DNA of 64,000 nucleotides. Source: Mobula birostris. Lineage: Eukaryota. The stretch spans positions 8,980,998 to 9,044,997 of the forward strand of contig NC_092374.1 of the NCBI RefSeq assembly GCF_030028105.1, given 5' to 3'. Positions 26,492-38,689 of this stretch are shown here, piece by piece (position 1 is the first letter of the stretch; the number at the start of each line of letters is the position of its first letter). The notes beneath the pieces are model-generated. The model was not told where the DNA came from and did not search any database. It saw nothing but the letters and a program-made list of their open reading frames with translations. The translations under genes were made by a program, and so were the position numbers.

Positions 26492-26851
26492 CTTTCTTCA
26501 AAGACCAGGCAACAAAAACAACCAAATTAACGACTGCTAAAGTGGACACTACAATGTAGCGAGCCAGCATCAAAGCACTTGTTCTCCTCTTGGCTAGGTG
26601 GATCTCGCGGGTGTCATTTCCGTGCTGATTCGCAGCCACACAGCGGTAGCTCCCTCTCGGCCTGGGCAGTACCAGCTTTCCCACACTCTCCAGATCTCCG
26701 GTGACTCTCATCTCGCTGCTGCTCATGGGCAGTGTGCTGTTCTCAAGGTCAATCCACGTGATGTTTGCAGGGGGGTTCCCTTCAGCCTTGCACACGAGGG
26801 TGGCTCCAGTATCATCAGTCACAAGAGTTAGACTCAGGATGGTGGCCGGGA
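26492..26851 (-). CDS. Ig C2-set plus transmembrane exon, paralog A (Siglec-15-like); no upstream V exon found
   Basis: Acceptor cccccaag, donor G/gtgata, 360 nt, phase 1-1. Reads LVCKAEGNPPANITW...GSYRCVAANQHG, then TM LMLARYIVVSTLAVVNLVVFVAWSLKK. Confidence 0.85.
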
Positions 26852-29394
26852 CTTGGGGGAGGAAAGAAAATCAAATTAAATTCATTGAAATTTTGACAAT
26901 TTTTATTTTAGAAAACGTCAACTTCATTATGTGACGTGTCGCAGGACCTGGGTGATCATGGTATCATGTTCATGATTGGTCTTCACAAAGTTTTCTGCCT
27001 AGGTGCCTTCTTCTGGGAAGTGTCTTTAAAAGATGGGTGACCCCAGACATTATCAATACTGTTCAGAGATTGTCTGCTTGGTGTCATTGTTTGAATAACC
27101 AGGGTTTGTGATCTGCACCAGCTGCTTGTACGACCATCCACCACCTGCTCCAGATTTGGAGGGGGGGCTGTTAGGGTGGCTAACCAGCTTCTACACCTTG
27201 CCCGAGGGTGATCTGCAGACGAGCAGAGGGCCGGAGCTCCTTACACCTCCTTTGTAGAGACGTAATTTTAGAGATACAGCGTGGAATAGGCCATACCACC
27301 CTTCCAGCCATACCGCCCAGCAAACCCTGACAACCCCAATTTACCACAAACATAATCACAGGGCAATTAACCTACTAATTGGTACATCTTGGCCTGTGGG
27401 AAGAAACTAGAGCACCCGGAGGAACCCGCTGCATTCCACAGGGAGGACGTACATACTCCTTACGGAGGACACTGGGACTGAACTCTGAACTCCGACACAC
27501 CGAGCTGTAATAGAATCACGCAAACCACTACACTACTGTGGTAAGCTAAACTGGAGTGAGATATTCCATCAGCAATCAGACTGGATCCTGATTGTAATAG
27601 TTCCCACGGTGACCGTTCATGCTGAAGGTGGATGAAGGGTACCCAGGTCGGCTGTGGACCTTGCAACACCGCGCCAGTAATCTCAGTGGCAGAATAGGGA
27701 ACTGAAACGCCGATTCAGCAGCAGGAAGTCTCTCCTTAAGCAGGGCGTGTACTCCATGGAGTTCAGAAGAATGAGGGGATGACCTCACTGAAACCTATCA
27801 AATATTGAAAGTTTAGAAAAGAAACCAGCACTGAAATTAAACAAATAGGTACGGAACTAGAAGATATTCAAGCAATTCTAACCGAACATGATAGGAAGAT
27901 AAAGGAAAATGAAGATGTTATTACTTTACTGGTCGGGAGAATGAATGGTATGTAAAAGCTATATGAAAAACAATTTAAGACCAATGAAATGATGAGACGG
28001 AAGATTATTGATTTGGAAAACAGAAGTAGGAGGAACAATTTACGAATCCTGGCATTTAAAGAACAAACGGAAGGAGATAATCCTGAAGAATTCTTTGCAA
28101 ATCTTTTGATGGAATTATTCTCTGATATTATAAAGTCTCTGCCTTTGATTTGTCATGCTCACAGGTCACCTATCTACCAATCGGCTTCAAAATCTAAACC
28201 AAGATCAGTCTTTATATGTTTCCATGAATTTCAAATAAAGGATCGGCTGATTCGTGCTGCCCGTGGAGAAGGTATGACTGACTATCAAGATCAAAGGATA
28301 CGTATTGTTCAAGATTTTTATTCAGAAGTTATGGTAGAACGTGCTAAGTTCAAAAAAGTTATGATGGAGTTATACAGTCAAAATTTTAAAGCCTCTCTTC
28401 GTTCTCCGGCTTGACTGAGGATTACACTGGAAGACGGATCATTTAAATGGTTTTATACGAAGGAACAGGCGCAAGAATCTTTAGCCTTTAAAAGAAGTGA
28501 ATGATTGTATATATATTGAATAGACTAAAAATCTTGCAAAAGCAGAAATACTACATATTAAAAAATTATTGTTTAATATTTTTAGTATGAATAATTGTTA
28601 TTTCTGTTTCATAAACCCGTCTAAGCTTGTTTCTCACTGTATTATTTAGTCTAGATTGGAAAGTAAATAACATTGAATTCTTGGAGTGGTTCCAACAGGC
28701 TTTCTAAGAGAATGTGTTTAGAGGAAGTAGATACCGGTTGCCCTATGACCGAGTTTCTTTCTTTTGGGGGGGGGGAGGGATGGAGAGTCTTTTTTTCTTC
28801 CAGCTGATTTGGGAATTTAGTCAATTCTGTTGCTTAGTTAATATATTTCAAGGTTTATTATTTGGGTTTGATATACATTTTTCTGATTGCTATTTTAATC
28901 TTTCTTATAAAGAGCCTTAAAATGGATTGAAGTATTAATTTACTTAGTTTAAAGTAAAAGGACTAAATCACTCTGTGAAAAGAAATAAGATTTTTGCCTA
29001 TATTAAAAAACTTAAGGTACCCATTGTTATTCTTCAAGAAACACTTGTACGTAATTGTGACAATTCATGCTTTTTTATCAATGGAGAGGATCTCATTTTC
29101 ATTCTTCATTTCAGGCCAAAGCAAGAGTGGTTTCGATCCTTATAGATAATAAAGTTCCCTTTGTTCAACATAAAGTAATTTCTGATACTAATGGGCATTT
29201 TTTTATAGTATCAGGGAAACTAAATAACAAATTAATGGTATTTGCCAATGTATATGCTCCGAATATAGATCACCCAGGTTTCTTTGAGCGTTTTTGAAAT
29301 TTTTTTTGCCAGATCTAAGTCCGTACTCCTTGCTGATGGGTGGAGACTTTAATTGTTTCCTAAATCCAGTTTTAGATCGTTCATTTTAGATCTC

Positions 29395-30896
29395 GTTAGA
29401 TTTGGGACTAGTTCCTGAGGATTGGAGGGTGGTTAATGTAACCCCACTTTTTAAAAAAGGAGGGAGAGAGAAACCGGGGAATTATAGACCGGTTAGCCTA
29501 ACGTCGGTGGTGGGGAAACTGCTGGAGTCAGTTATCAAGGATGTGATAACAGCACATTTGGAAAGCGGTGAAATCATCCGACAAAGTCAGCATGGATTTG
29601 TGAAAGGAAAATCATGTCTGACGAATCTCATAGAATTTTTTGAGGATGTAACTAGTAGAGTGGATAGGGGAGAACCAGTGGATGTGGTATATTTGGATTT
29701 TCAGAAGGCTTTTGACAAGGTCCCACACAGGAGATTAGTGTGCAAACTTAAAGCACATGGTATTGGGGGTAAGGTATTGGTGTGGGTGGAGAGTTGGTTA
29801 GCAGACAGGAAACAAAGAGTAAGAATAAACGGGACCTTTTCAGAATGGCAGGCAGTGACTAGTGGGGTACCGCAAGGCTCAGTGCTGGGACCCCAGTTGT
29901 TTACAATATATATTAATGACTTGGATGAGGGAATTAAATGCAGCATCTCCAAGTTTGCGGATGACACAAAGCTGGGCGGCAGTGTTAGCTGTGAGGAGGA
30001 TGCTAAGAGGATGCAGCGTGACTTGGATAGGTTAGGTGAGTGGGCAAATTCATGGCAGATGCAATTTAATGTGGATAAATGTGAAGTTATCCACTTTTGT
30101 GGCAAAAATAGGAAAACAGATTATTATCTGAATGGTGGCTGATTAGGAAAAGGGGAGGTGCAACGAGACCTGGGTGTCATTATACACCAGTCATTGAAAG
30201 TGAGCATGCAGGTACAGCAGGCGGTGAAAAAGGCAAATGGTATGCTGGCATTCATAGCAAGAGAATTCGAGTACAGGAGCAGGGAGGTACTACTGCAGTT
30301 ATACAAGGCCTTGGTGAGACCACACCTGGAGTATTGTGTGCAGTTTTGGTCCCCTAATCTGAGGAAAGACATCCTTGCCATAGAGGGAGTACAAAGAAGG
30401 TTCACCAGATTGACTCCTGGGATAGCAGGACTTTCATATGAAGAAAGACTGGATGAACTAGGCTTGTACTCGTTGGAATTTAGAAGATTGAGGGGGGATC
30501 TGATTGAAACGTATAAAATCCTAAAGGGATTGGACAGGCTAGATGCAGGAAGATTGTTCCCGATGTTGGGGGGGGGGTGTCCAGAACGAGGGGTCACGGT
30601 TTGAGGATAAAGGCAAAGCCTTTTAGGACTGAGAGTAGGAAAAACTTCTTCACACAGAGAGTGGTGAATCTGTGGAATTCTCTGCCACAGGCAACAGTTG
30701 AGGCCAGTTCATTGGCTATATTTAAGAGGGAGTTAGATATGGCCCTTGTGGCTAGGGGGATCAGAGGGTATGGAGGGAAGGCTGGTGCAGGGTTCTGAGT
30801 TGGATGATCAGCCATGATCATACTGAATGGCGGTGCAGGCTCGAAGGGCCGAATGGCCTACTCCTGCACCTATTTTCTATGTTTCTGTGTTTCTAT
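29395..30896 (+). mobile_element. Young 5'-truncated CR1 nested in L1 ORF2
   Basis: RT QHGFVKGKSCLTNL, PQGSVLGP, FADDTK; (ttctat/g)-type tail; closely similar to 47490-48985. Confidence 0.93.
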
Positions 30897-32861
30897 CTTT
30901 TAAACCAATGATACCAAATATATCAGCTGTGTTTATTAAATCTTTTTTTAATGAAATGTGGCATTGTTGGTGTCTGGCATTTTTTTCATCCAGTAGATAA
31001 GGAATATTGGCTTTTTTCCCCCATGTTCATCATACATATTCCCGGATTGATTTTTTTTTATTGATAGCCAACTGATTCCGTTAGTTCGATCCTGTGAATA
31101 TAAAAAGATTGCTGTTTCAGATCACGCTCCTGTGTTCCTATGTTTAAATCTTCCTGGTCTTCTTCAAACAAATAGATTTTGGCGATTTATTCTAACTTTG
31201 TTATCTGATAAAGATTTTTTAAAGTTTATGGAGAGACAAATTACATTTTTTTAAGAGAATACATTAGAGGAGACTTCTACTATTATCAGATGGGATGCCT
31301 TTAAGGCGTATATTAGAGGACAAATTATTTCTTCTACTGCAAGTATTAAGAAGAAAGCTAATAAAGAGAGAAGTGATATAGCTAATCCGCTGAAACAGTA
31401 TGCTTTGGCTCCAGAACCTGCTTTATATAAAAGACGTGTTGAAATTAAAACTAAATATGATCTTCTTTTAACGAATCCAATTGAAACCCAACTCCTAAAA
31501 GATAATAGTCAATTTTATATTCATGGAGATAAAACAGGTAAATTATTGGCTGATCAAATTAAAACCTTTGGAACCAAACAACAGATTAAAGAAATATGCA
31601 AAGCTAACGATGACAGGACAACTGATTATTTAGAAATAAATGATACTTTCATTGAATTTTATTTTAAACTTTAGAGTTCTGAATCTTCTAACACTTAGAA
31701 TGAACACTTTTTTAGATCAATTAAGTATTCCTACAGTTTCTGCCGACAACAGAAAATTGTTGGAACAACCTATTTCTTTTGAGGAAATTGTTGAAACTGT
31801 GCGCTCATTACATTTGAGGAAAGCTCCAGGTCCAGACGGATTTTCTGAAGAATTTTATAAGACCTTTTCCTCACTGCTAATACCTCATTTCTGTTCAATT
31901 TTTTCGGATTCGTTTAAGTCGGTCAGACTCCCTCAATCTTCTTATGAGGCTTCCATTTCGCTCATTCTTAAAAGGAATAAGGATCAAACTGAATGCTGTT
32001 CTTATAGACCAATTTCTTTACTTAATGTTGATGCTAAGATCTTATCTAAAGTTTTGGCCCATAAGATTGAAAATATTTTACCATCTGTCATTTCTGATAA
32101 CCAAACCGGATTTATCAGAAATTGATATTCTCACTTTAATATTCGCCGGTTATTAAATATTATTTATTCTCCTTCTAACCTGGTATCGGAATGTGTGGTA
32201 TCCCTAGAGGCTGAGAAAGCTTTCAACAGAGTTGAATGGAATTATTTATTTAGAACTTTAGAAAATTTAATTTTGGACCAGTTTTCATTCAATAGATTAA
32301 ATTACTTTATTTAGCCCCTTCTGCTAGGGTTATCACTAATTCTCATAATTGCAAACCATTTAAGCTTCAACGTGGCACCAGACAAGGCTGTCCGTTGAGC
32401 CCTTTGCTTTTTGATCTGACCTTAGAACCTTTAGCCATTGATTTTCGAGAATCTAATGATATCACCGGTATTTTATGGAAAGACACTATTCATAAAGTCT
32501 CGCTGTACGCTGATGATCTGCTGCTTTTTATTTCTAATGTTGAGACTTCATTACCCATGTGCTTTCTTTACTCTCCTGCTTTAGCCAGCTTTCAAGTTAT
32601 AAATTAAACTTACATAAAAGCGAACCTTCCCCTTTGAACAATTTGACACCAACAAATTCTAACCTTCCTTTTAAAATTGTAAGAAACCAATGTACTTATT
32701 TAGGTGTAACAATAACTAGAAATTGTAAGTGTCTACTTAAAGAAAATTTTCTTACTCTGTTGAATCATGTAAAAAGAATACTATTAAATTGGTCACCTCT
32801 TTCGTTATCATTAATTGGTCGAATTAACTCTATAAAAATGATTATATTACCTAAATATATA

Positions 32862-33400
32862 AACAAAGAAGGCATTCTTCTGGAGTGCATCACAACCTGC
32901 TTTGGAAGTTGTCCTGTCCAAGACCGGAAGAAGCTGCAGAAGATCGTGAACACGGCGCAGCACATCACACAAACCAATCTTCCGTCCTTGGACTCACTTT
33001 ACACCGCACGCTGTCGGAGCGGTGCTGCCAGGATAATCAAGGACACGACCCACCCAGCCAACACACTTTTCGTCCCTCTTCCCTCCGGCAGAAGGCTCAG
33101 GAGCTTGAAGACTCGGACGGCCAGATTTGGGAACAGCTTCGTTCCAACTGTGATAAAACTGCAGAACGGATCCTGACCCGGATCTGGGCCGTACCCTCCA
33201 AATATCCGGACCTGCCTCTCGGTTTTTTTTTACACTATCTTACTTTCCAGTTTTCTATTTTCTATTTATGATTTATAATTTAAATTTTTAATGTTTACTA
33301 TCGATTTGTAATCCAGGGAGCAGGAAGCGCAGAATCAAATATCGGTGTGATGATTGTATGTTCTAGTATCAATTGTTTGGCGACAATAAGGTATAAAGTA
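32862..33400 (+). mobile_element. Rex1-like LINE 3' fragment nested in L1
   Basis: CITTCFGSC...DRKKLQKIV...LPSGRRLRS. L1 sequence resumes at ~33404. Confidence 0.8.
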
Positions 33401-33617
33401 ACGTAATTTATATACCTTTTTCAGGCGCTGCCGGTTTTCATTCCTAAATCCTTTTTTGATTCTCTTGACTCTATTATATCTTCTTATATGTGGAAGAGTA
33501 AGCGTTCTAGATTAAATAAAATTCATCTTCAAAATGATAAGATGAATGGAGGATTAGCCTTAACAAATTTTAGATTTTATTTTTTTTATTTTATTTTATT
33601 CTTATCTTAGATTTTAT

Positions 33618-35477
33618 CCCCCCTTGTTCAATCCCTTCCGACCTATGTTCGTGACACTTCTCACGCTCTTAAACTTTTCGATGATTTTAAGTTCCCTGGC
33701 CCTCACCGCTTTATTTTCACCATGGATGTCCAGTCCCTATATACTTCCATCCCCCATCAGGAAGGTCTCAAAGCTCTCCGCTTCTTTTTGGATTCCAGAC
33801 CTAATCAGTTCCCCTCTACCACCACTCTGCTCCGTCTAGCGGAATTAGTCCTTACTCTTAATAATTTCTCCTTTAGCTCCTCCCACTTCCTCCAAACTAA
33901 AGGTGTAGCTATGGGCACCCGTATGGGTCCTAGCTATGCCTGCCTTTTTGTTGGCTTTGTGGAACAATCTATGTTCCGTGCCTATTCTGGTATCTGTCCC
34001 CCACTTTTCCTTCGCTGCATCGACGACTGCATTGGCGCTGCTTCCTGCACGCATGCAGAACTCATTGACTTTATTAACTTTGCCTCCAACTTTCACCCTG
34101 CCCTCAAGTTTACCTGGTCCATTTCCGACACCTCCCTCCCCTTTCTAGATCTTTCTGTCTCTGTCTCTGGAGACAGCTTATCCACTGATGTCTACTATAA
34201 GCCTACTGAGTCTCACAGCTATCTGGACTATTCCTCTTCTCACCCTGTCTCTTGCAAAAACGCCATCCCCTTCTCGCAATTCCTCCGTCTCCGCCGCATC
34301 TGCTCTCAGGATGAGGCTTTTCATTCCAGGACGAGGGAGATGTCTTCCTTTTTTAAAGAAAGGGGCTTCCCTTCTTCCACTATCAACTCTGCTCTTAAAC
34401 GCATCTCCCCCATTTCACGTACATCTGCTCTCACTCCATCCTCCCGCCACCCCACCAGGAATAGGGTTCCCCTGGTCCTCACCTACCACCCCACCAGCCT
34501 CCGGGTCCAACATATTATTCTCCGTAACTTCTACCACCTCCAACGGGATCCCACCACTAAGCATATCTTTCCCTTCCCCCCCCCCCTCTCTGCATTCCGC
34601 AGGAATCGCTCCCTACGCAACTCCCTTGTCCATTCGTCCCCCCCCCCCCCCATCCCTCCCCACTGATCTCCCTCCTGGCACTTATCCGTGTAAGCGGAAC
34701 AAGTGCTACACATGCCCTTACACTTCCTCCCTTACCACCATTCAGGGCCCCAAACAGTCCTTCCAGGTGAGGCAATACTTCACCTGTGAGTCGGCTGGGG
34801 TGACATACTGTGTCCAGTGCTCCCGATGTGGCCTTTTATATATTGGCAAGACCCGACGCAGACTGGGAGACCGCTTTGCTGAACATCTGCGCTCTGTCCG
34901 CCAGAGAAAGCAGGATCTCCCAGTGGCCACACATTTTAATTCCACATCCCATTCCCATTCTGACATGTCTATCCACGGTCTCCTCTACTGTAAAGATGAA
35001 GCCACACTCAGGTTGGAGGAACAACACCTTATATTCCGTCTGGGTAGCCTCCAACCTGATGGCATGAACATTGACTTCTCTAACTTCTGCTAATGCCCCA
35101 TCTCCTCCTCGTACCCCATCTGTTACTTATTTTTATACACTCTCACTCTCCTTTTTCTCCCTCTGTCCCTCTGAATATACCCCTTACCCATCCTCTGGGT
35201 CCCCCCGCCCCTCTTTGTCTTTCTTCCCGGACCTCCTGTCCCATGATCCTCTCGTATCCCTTTTGCCTGTCACCTGTCCAGCTCTTGGCTCCATCCCTCC
35301 CCCTCCTGTCTTCTCCTATCATTTTGGATCTCCCCTCCCCCTCCAACTTTCAAATCCCTTACTCACTCTTCCTTCAGTTAGTCCTGACGAAGGGTCTCGG
35401 CCTGAAACGTCGACTGCACCTCTTCCTAGAGATGCTGCCTGGCCTGCTGCGTTCACCAGCAACTTTTATGTGTGTTG
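33618..35477 (+). mobile_element. 5'-truncated Penelope-like element nested in L1
   Basis: RT GVAMGTRMGPSYA, LRCIDDC; GIY-YIG; hammerhead repeat; 12-bp TSD cttagattttat at 33606-33617 and 35478-35489. Confidence 0.93.
35380..35415 (+). ncRNA. Minimal type-I hammerhead ribozyme motif in the Penelope terminal repeat
   Basis: agtc-CTGACGA-agg[gtctcgg]cct-GAAAC-GTC-gact: stem I agtc/gact, stem II agg/cct, palindromic ACGT stem III. Confidence 0.7.
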
Positions 35478-35800
35478 CTTAGATTTTATTATTGGGCAGT
35501 TAATATAAGAAATCTTACATTTTGGTTATACTATATAAATCAAGAGGATTGCCCGATGCAGGTTTTCTTAGAAGCTAATTCTGTTAATAAATTCTCTATT
35601 ATTTCTCTTCTTGGATCCTCACTTCCTTTATCTTTGAGTAAGTTAACTGATAATCTGGTAGTTAAACACACTATGAGGATTTGGATACAATTCCGAAAAT
35701 ATTTTGGCTTATTGACATCTTCTCTTCCGAGTTCAATTTTTTCTAATTTTTTTTTTAAACTCTCTATGATTGATGTGGCTTTTAAAGAATGGGATAGATT

Positions 35801-36658
35801 GGAAGAATGGGCAGAGAAGTGGCAAATGAAGTACAATGTTGGAAAGTGTGTGGTTATGCACTTTGGCAGAAAAAATAAACGGGCAGACTATTATTTAATT
35901 GGGGAAAGAATTCAAAGTTCTGAGATGCAACAGGACTTGGGGGTCATCGTACAGGATACCCTTAAAGTTAACCTCCAGGTTGAGTCAGTAGTAATGAAGG
36001 CGAATGCAATGTTGGCATTCATTTCTAGAGGAATAGAGTATAGGAGCAGGGATGTGATGTTGAAGCTCTGTAAGGCGCTGGTGAGACCTCACTTGGAGTA
36101 CTGTGGGCAGTTTTGGTCTCCTTATTTAAGAAAGGATGTGCTGATGTTGGAGAGGGTACAGAGAAGATTCACTAGAATGATTCTGGGAATGAGAGGGTTA
36201 ACATATGAGGAACGATGGTCCGCTCTTGGACTGTATTCCCTGGAGTTTAGAAGAACGAGGGGAGACCTCATAGAAACATTTCAAATGTTAAAAGGCATGG
36301 ACAGAGCGGATGTGGCAAAGTTGTTTCCCATGATGGGGGAGTCTAGCACGAGAGGGCATGACTTAAGGATTGAAGGGCGCCCATTCAGAACAGAAATGCG
36401 AAGAATTTTTTTTACTCAGAGGGTAGTGAATCTATGGAGTTTGTTGCCATGGGCAGCAGTGGAGGCCAAGTCATTGGGTGTATTTAAGGCAGAGATTGAT
36501 AGGTATCTGAATAGCCAGGGCATCAAAGGTTATGGTGAGAAGGCGGGGGAGTGGGACTAAATAGGAGAATGGGTCAGCTCATGATAAAATGGCGGAGCAG
36601 ACTCGATGGGCCGAATGGCCTACTTCTGCTCCTTTGTCTTATGGTCTTATGGTCTTAT
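35801..36658 (+). mobile_element. CR1 3' fragment nested in L1
   Basis: LVRPHLEY...RVVNLW; (ggtcttat)n tail; candidate TSD ggatagatt at 35792-35800 and 36659-36667. Confidence 0.9.
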
Positions 36659-36678
36659 GGATAGATTAGGTATTACAC

Positions 36679-36738
36679 GAGGAAATCTGCAGATGCTGGA
36701 ATTTCAAGCAACACACATAAAAGTTGCTGGTGAACGCA
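36679..36738 (-). mobile_element. Short Penelope terminal fragment nested in L1
   Basis: Matches the Penelope end at ~12785-12843. L1 resumes at ~36739. Confidence 0.75.
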
Positions 36739-37207
36739 TAAATGCTTTCAGGACTTGCTTGTAGAGGGAACAAGCTTTTTTGTTTGAACAAACATTAACT
36801 AAATATAGTTTACCAAAAATTCATTTTTTTCGATATCTACAAATAAGAGATTTTTTTATGGTCTCAAATAAGTACATTTCCTAAAAGTCCTGATAAGAAT
36901 CTACGAGATGTAACTTTTAATCTGAAACCTTTTTATAATGGATCTCTATCTAATATTTATAATATGCTGTTGGGAATGAGAAGTGTTCCTTTAGATAAAA
37001 CTAAAAATCTTTGGGAACAGGATTTACAGACTTCAATTTCTGAGGAAACTTGGAATCAAATTTTTAAATTGGTCAACACTTCATCGTTATGTGCCCATCA
37101 CTCTCTCCTTCAATTTAAAGTGGTCCATAAGACCCATATGACTAAGGATAAGTTGTCTCGTTTTTATTTAGATATATCGCTGTATCGTGATAAATGTAAT
37201 AATGGAG

Positions 37208-38612
37208 AACATAAAACATAGAATAGTGCAGCACATTACAGGCCCTTCGGCCCACAATGTTGTGCAAACCCTCAAACCCTGCCTCCCATACAAACCCCAA
37301 CTTAAGTTCCTCCATATACCTGTCTAGTAGTCTCTTAAACTTCACGACTGTATCTGCCTCTGCCACTGACTCAGGCAGTGCATTCCACGCACCAAACACT
37401 TTCTGAGTAAAAAACGTTCCTCTAATATCCCCCTTGAACTTCCCACCCCTTACCTTAAAGCCACGTCCTCTTGTATTGAGCAGTGGTGCCCTGGGGAAGA
37501 GGCACTGGCTATCCACTCTATCCATTCCTCTTATTATCTTGTACATCTCTATCATGTCTCCTCTCATCCTCCTTCTCTCCAAAGAGTAAAGCCCTAGCTC
37601 CCTTAATCTCCAATCATAATGCATATTCTCTAAACCAGGCAGCATCCTGGTAAATCTCCTCTGTACCCTTTCCAATGCTTCCACATCCTTTCTATAGTGA
37701 GGCGACCAGAACTGGACACAGTACTCCAAGTGTGGCCGAACCAGAGTTTTATAGAGCTGCATCATTACATCGCAACTCTTAAACTCCATCCCTCGATTTA
37801 TGAAAGCTAACACCCCAGAAGCTTTCTTAACTACCCTAACTACCTGTGAGACAACTTTCAGGGATCTGTGGACATGTACCCCGAGATCCCTCTGCTCCTC
37901 CACACTACCAAGTATCCTGCCATTTACTTTGTATACTGCCTTGGAGTTTGTCCTTCCAAAGTGTACCACCTCACACTTCTCTGGGTTGAACTCTGTCTGC
38001 CACTTCTCAGCCTACTTCTGCATCCTATCAATGTCTCTCTACAATTTTCGACAATCCTCTACAGTATCCACAACACCACCAACCTCTGTGTCGTCTGCAA
38101 ACTTGCCAACCCACCCTTCTACCCCCACATCCAGGTCGTTAATAAAAATCACGAAAAGTAGAGGTCCCAGAACAGATCCTTATGGGACACCCCTAGTCAC
38201 AATCTTCCAATCTGAATGTACTTCCTCCACCACAACCCTTTGCCTTCTGCAGGCAAGCCAATTCTAAATCCACCTGGCCAAACTTCCCTGGATCCCATTC
38301 CTTCTGACTTTCTGAATAAGCCTACTGTATGGAACCTTGTCAAATGCTTTACTAAAATCCATATAGATCACATCCACTGCACTACCCTCATCTATATGCC
38401 TGGTCACCTCCTGAAAGAACTCTATCAGGCTTGTTAGACACGATCTGCCCTTCACAAAACCATGCTGACTGTCCCTGATCAGACCATGATTCTCTAACTG
38501 CCCATCAATCCTATCTCTAAGAATCTTTTCGAACAGCTTTCCACCGCAGACGTAAGGCTCACTGGTCTATAATTACCCGGACTATCCCTACTACCTTTTT
38601 TGAACAAGGGGC
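37208..38612 (-). mobile_element. CR1 3' fragment nested in L1
   Basis: KGRSCLTSL, DFSKAFDKVP, LVRPHLEYCVQFW. The host L1 resumes with HMFWTC at ~38620. Confidence 0.9.
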
Positions 38613-38689
38613 TTCACTCATTCATATGTTTTGGACATGTCCGATTCTTGGAAAATATTGGAAAGAAATATTTCAAACCTTTTCAATGT

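Larger units (their letters stand above)
25740..27735 (-). repeat. Inverted segmental duplication of ~60365-62390
   Basis: Collinear reverse-complement match covering intron, C2-TM exon, downstream flank and the Penelope junction. Confidence 0.93.

Noticed and set aside
35472-36560. 362-aa ORF as a novel fusion gene
   Set aside because: It is a chance in-frame junction of host L1 ORF2 with an inserted CR1 3' fragment, bounded by a TSD.
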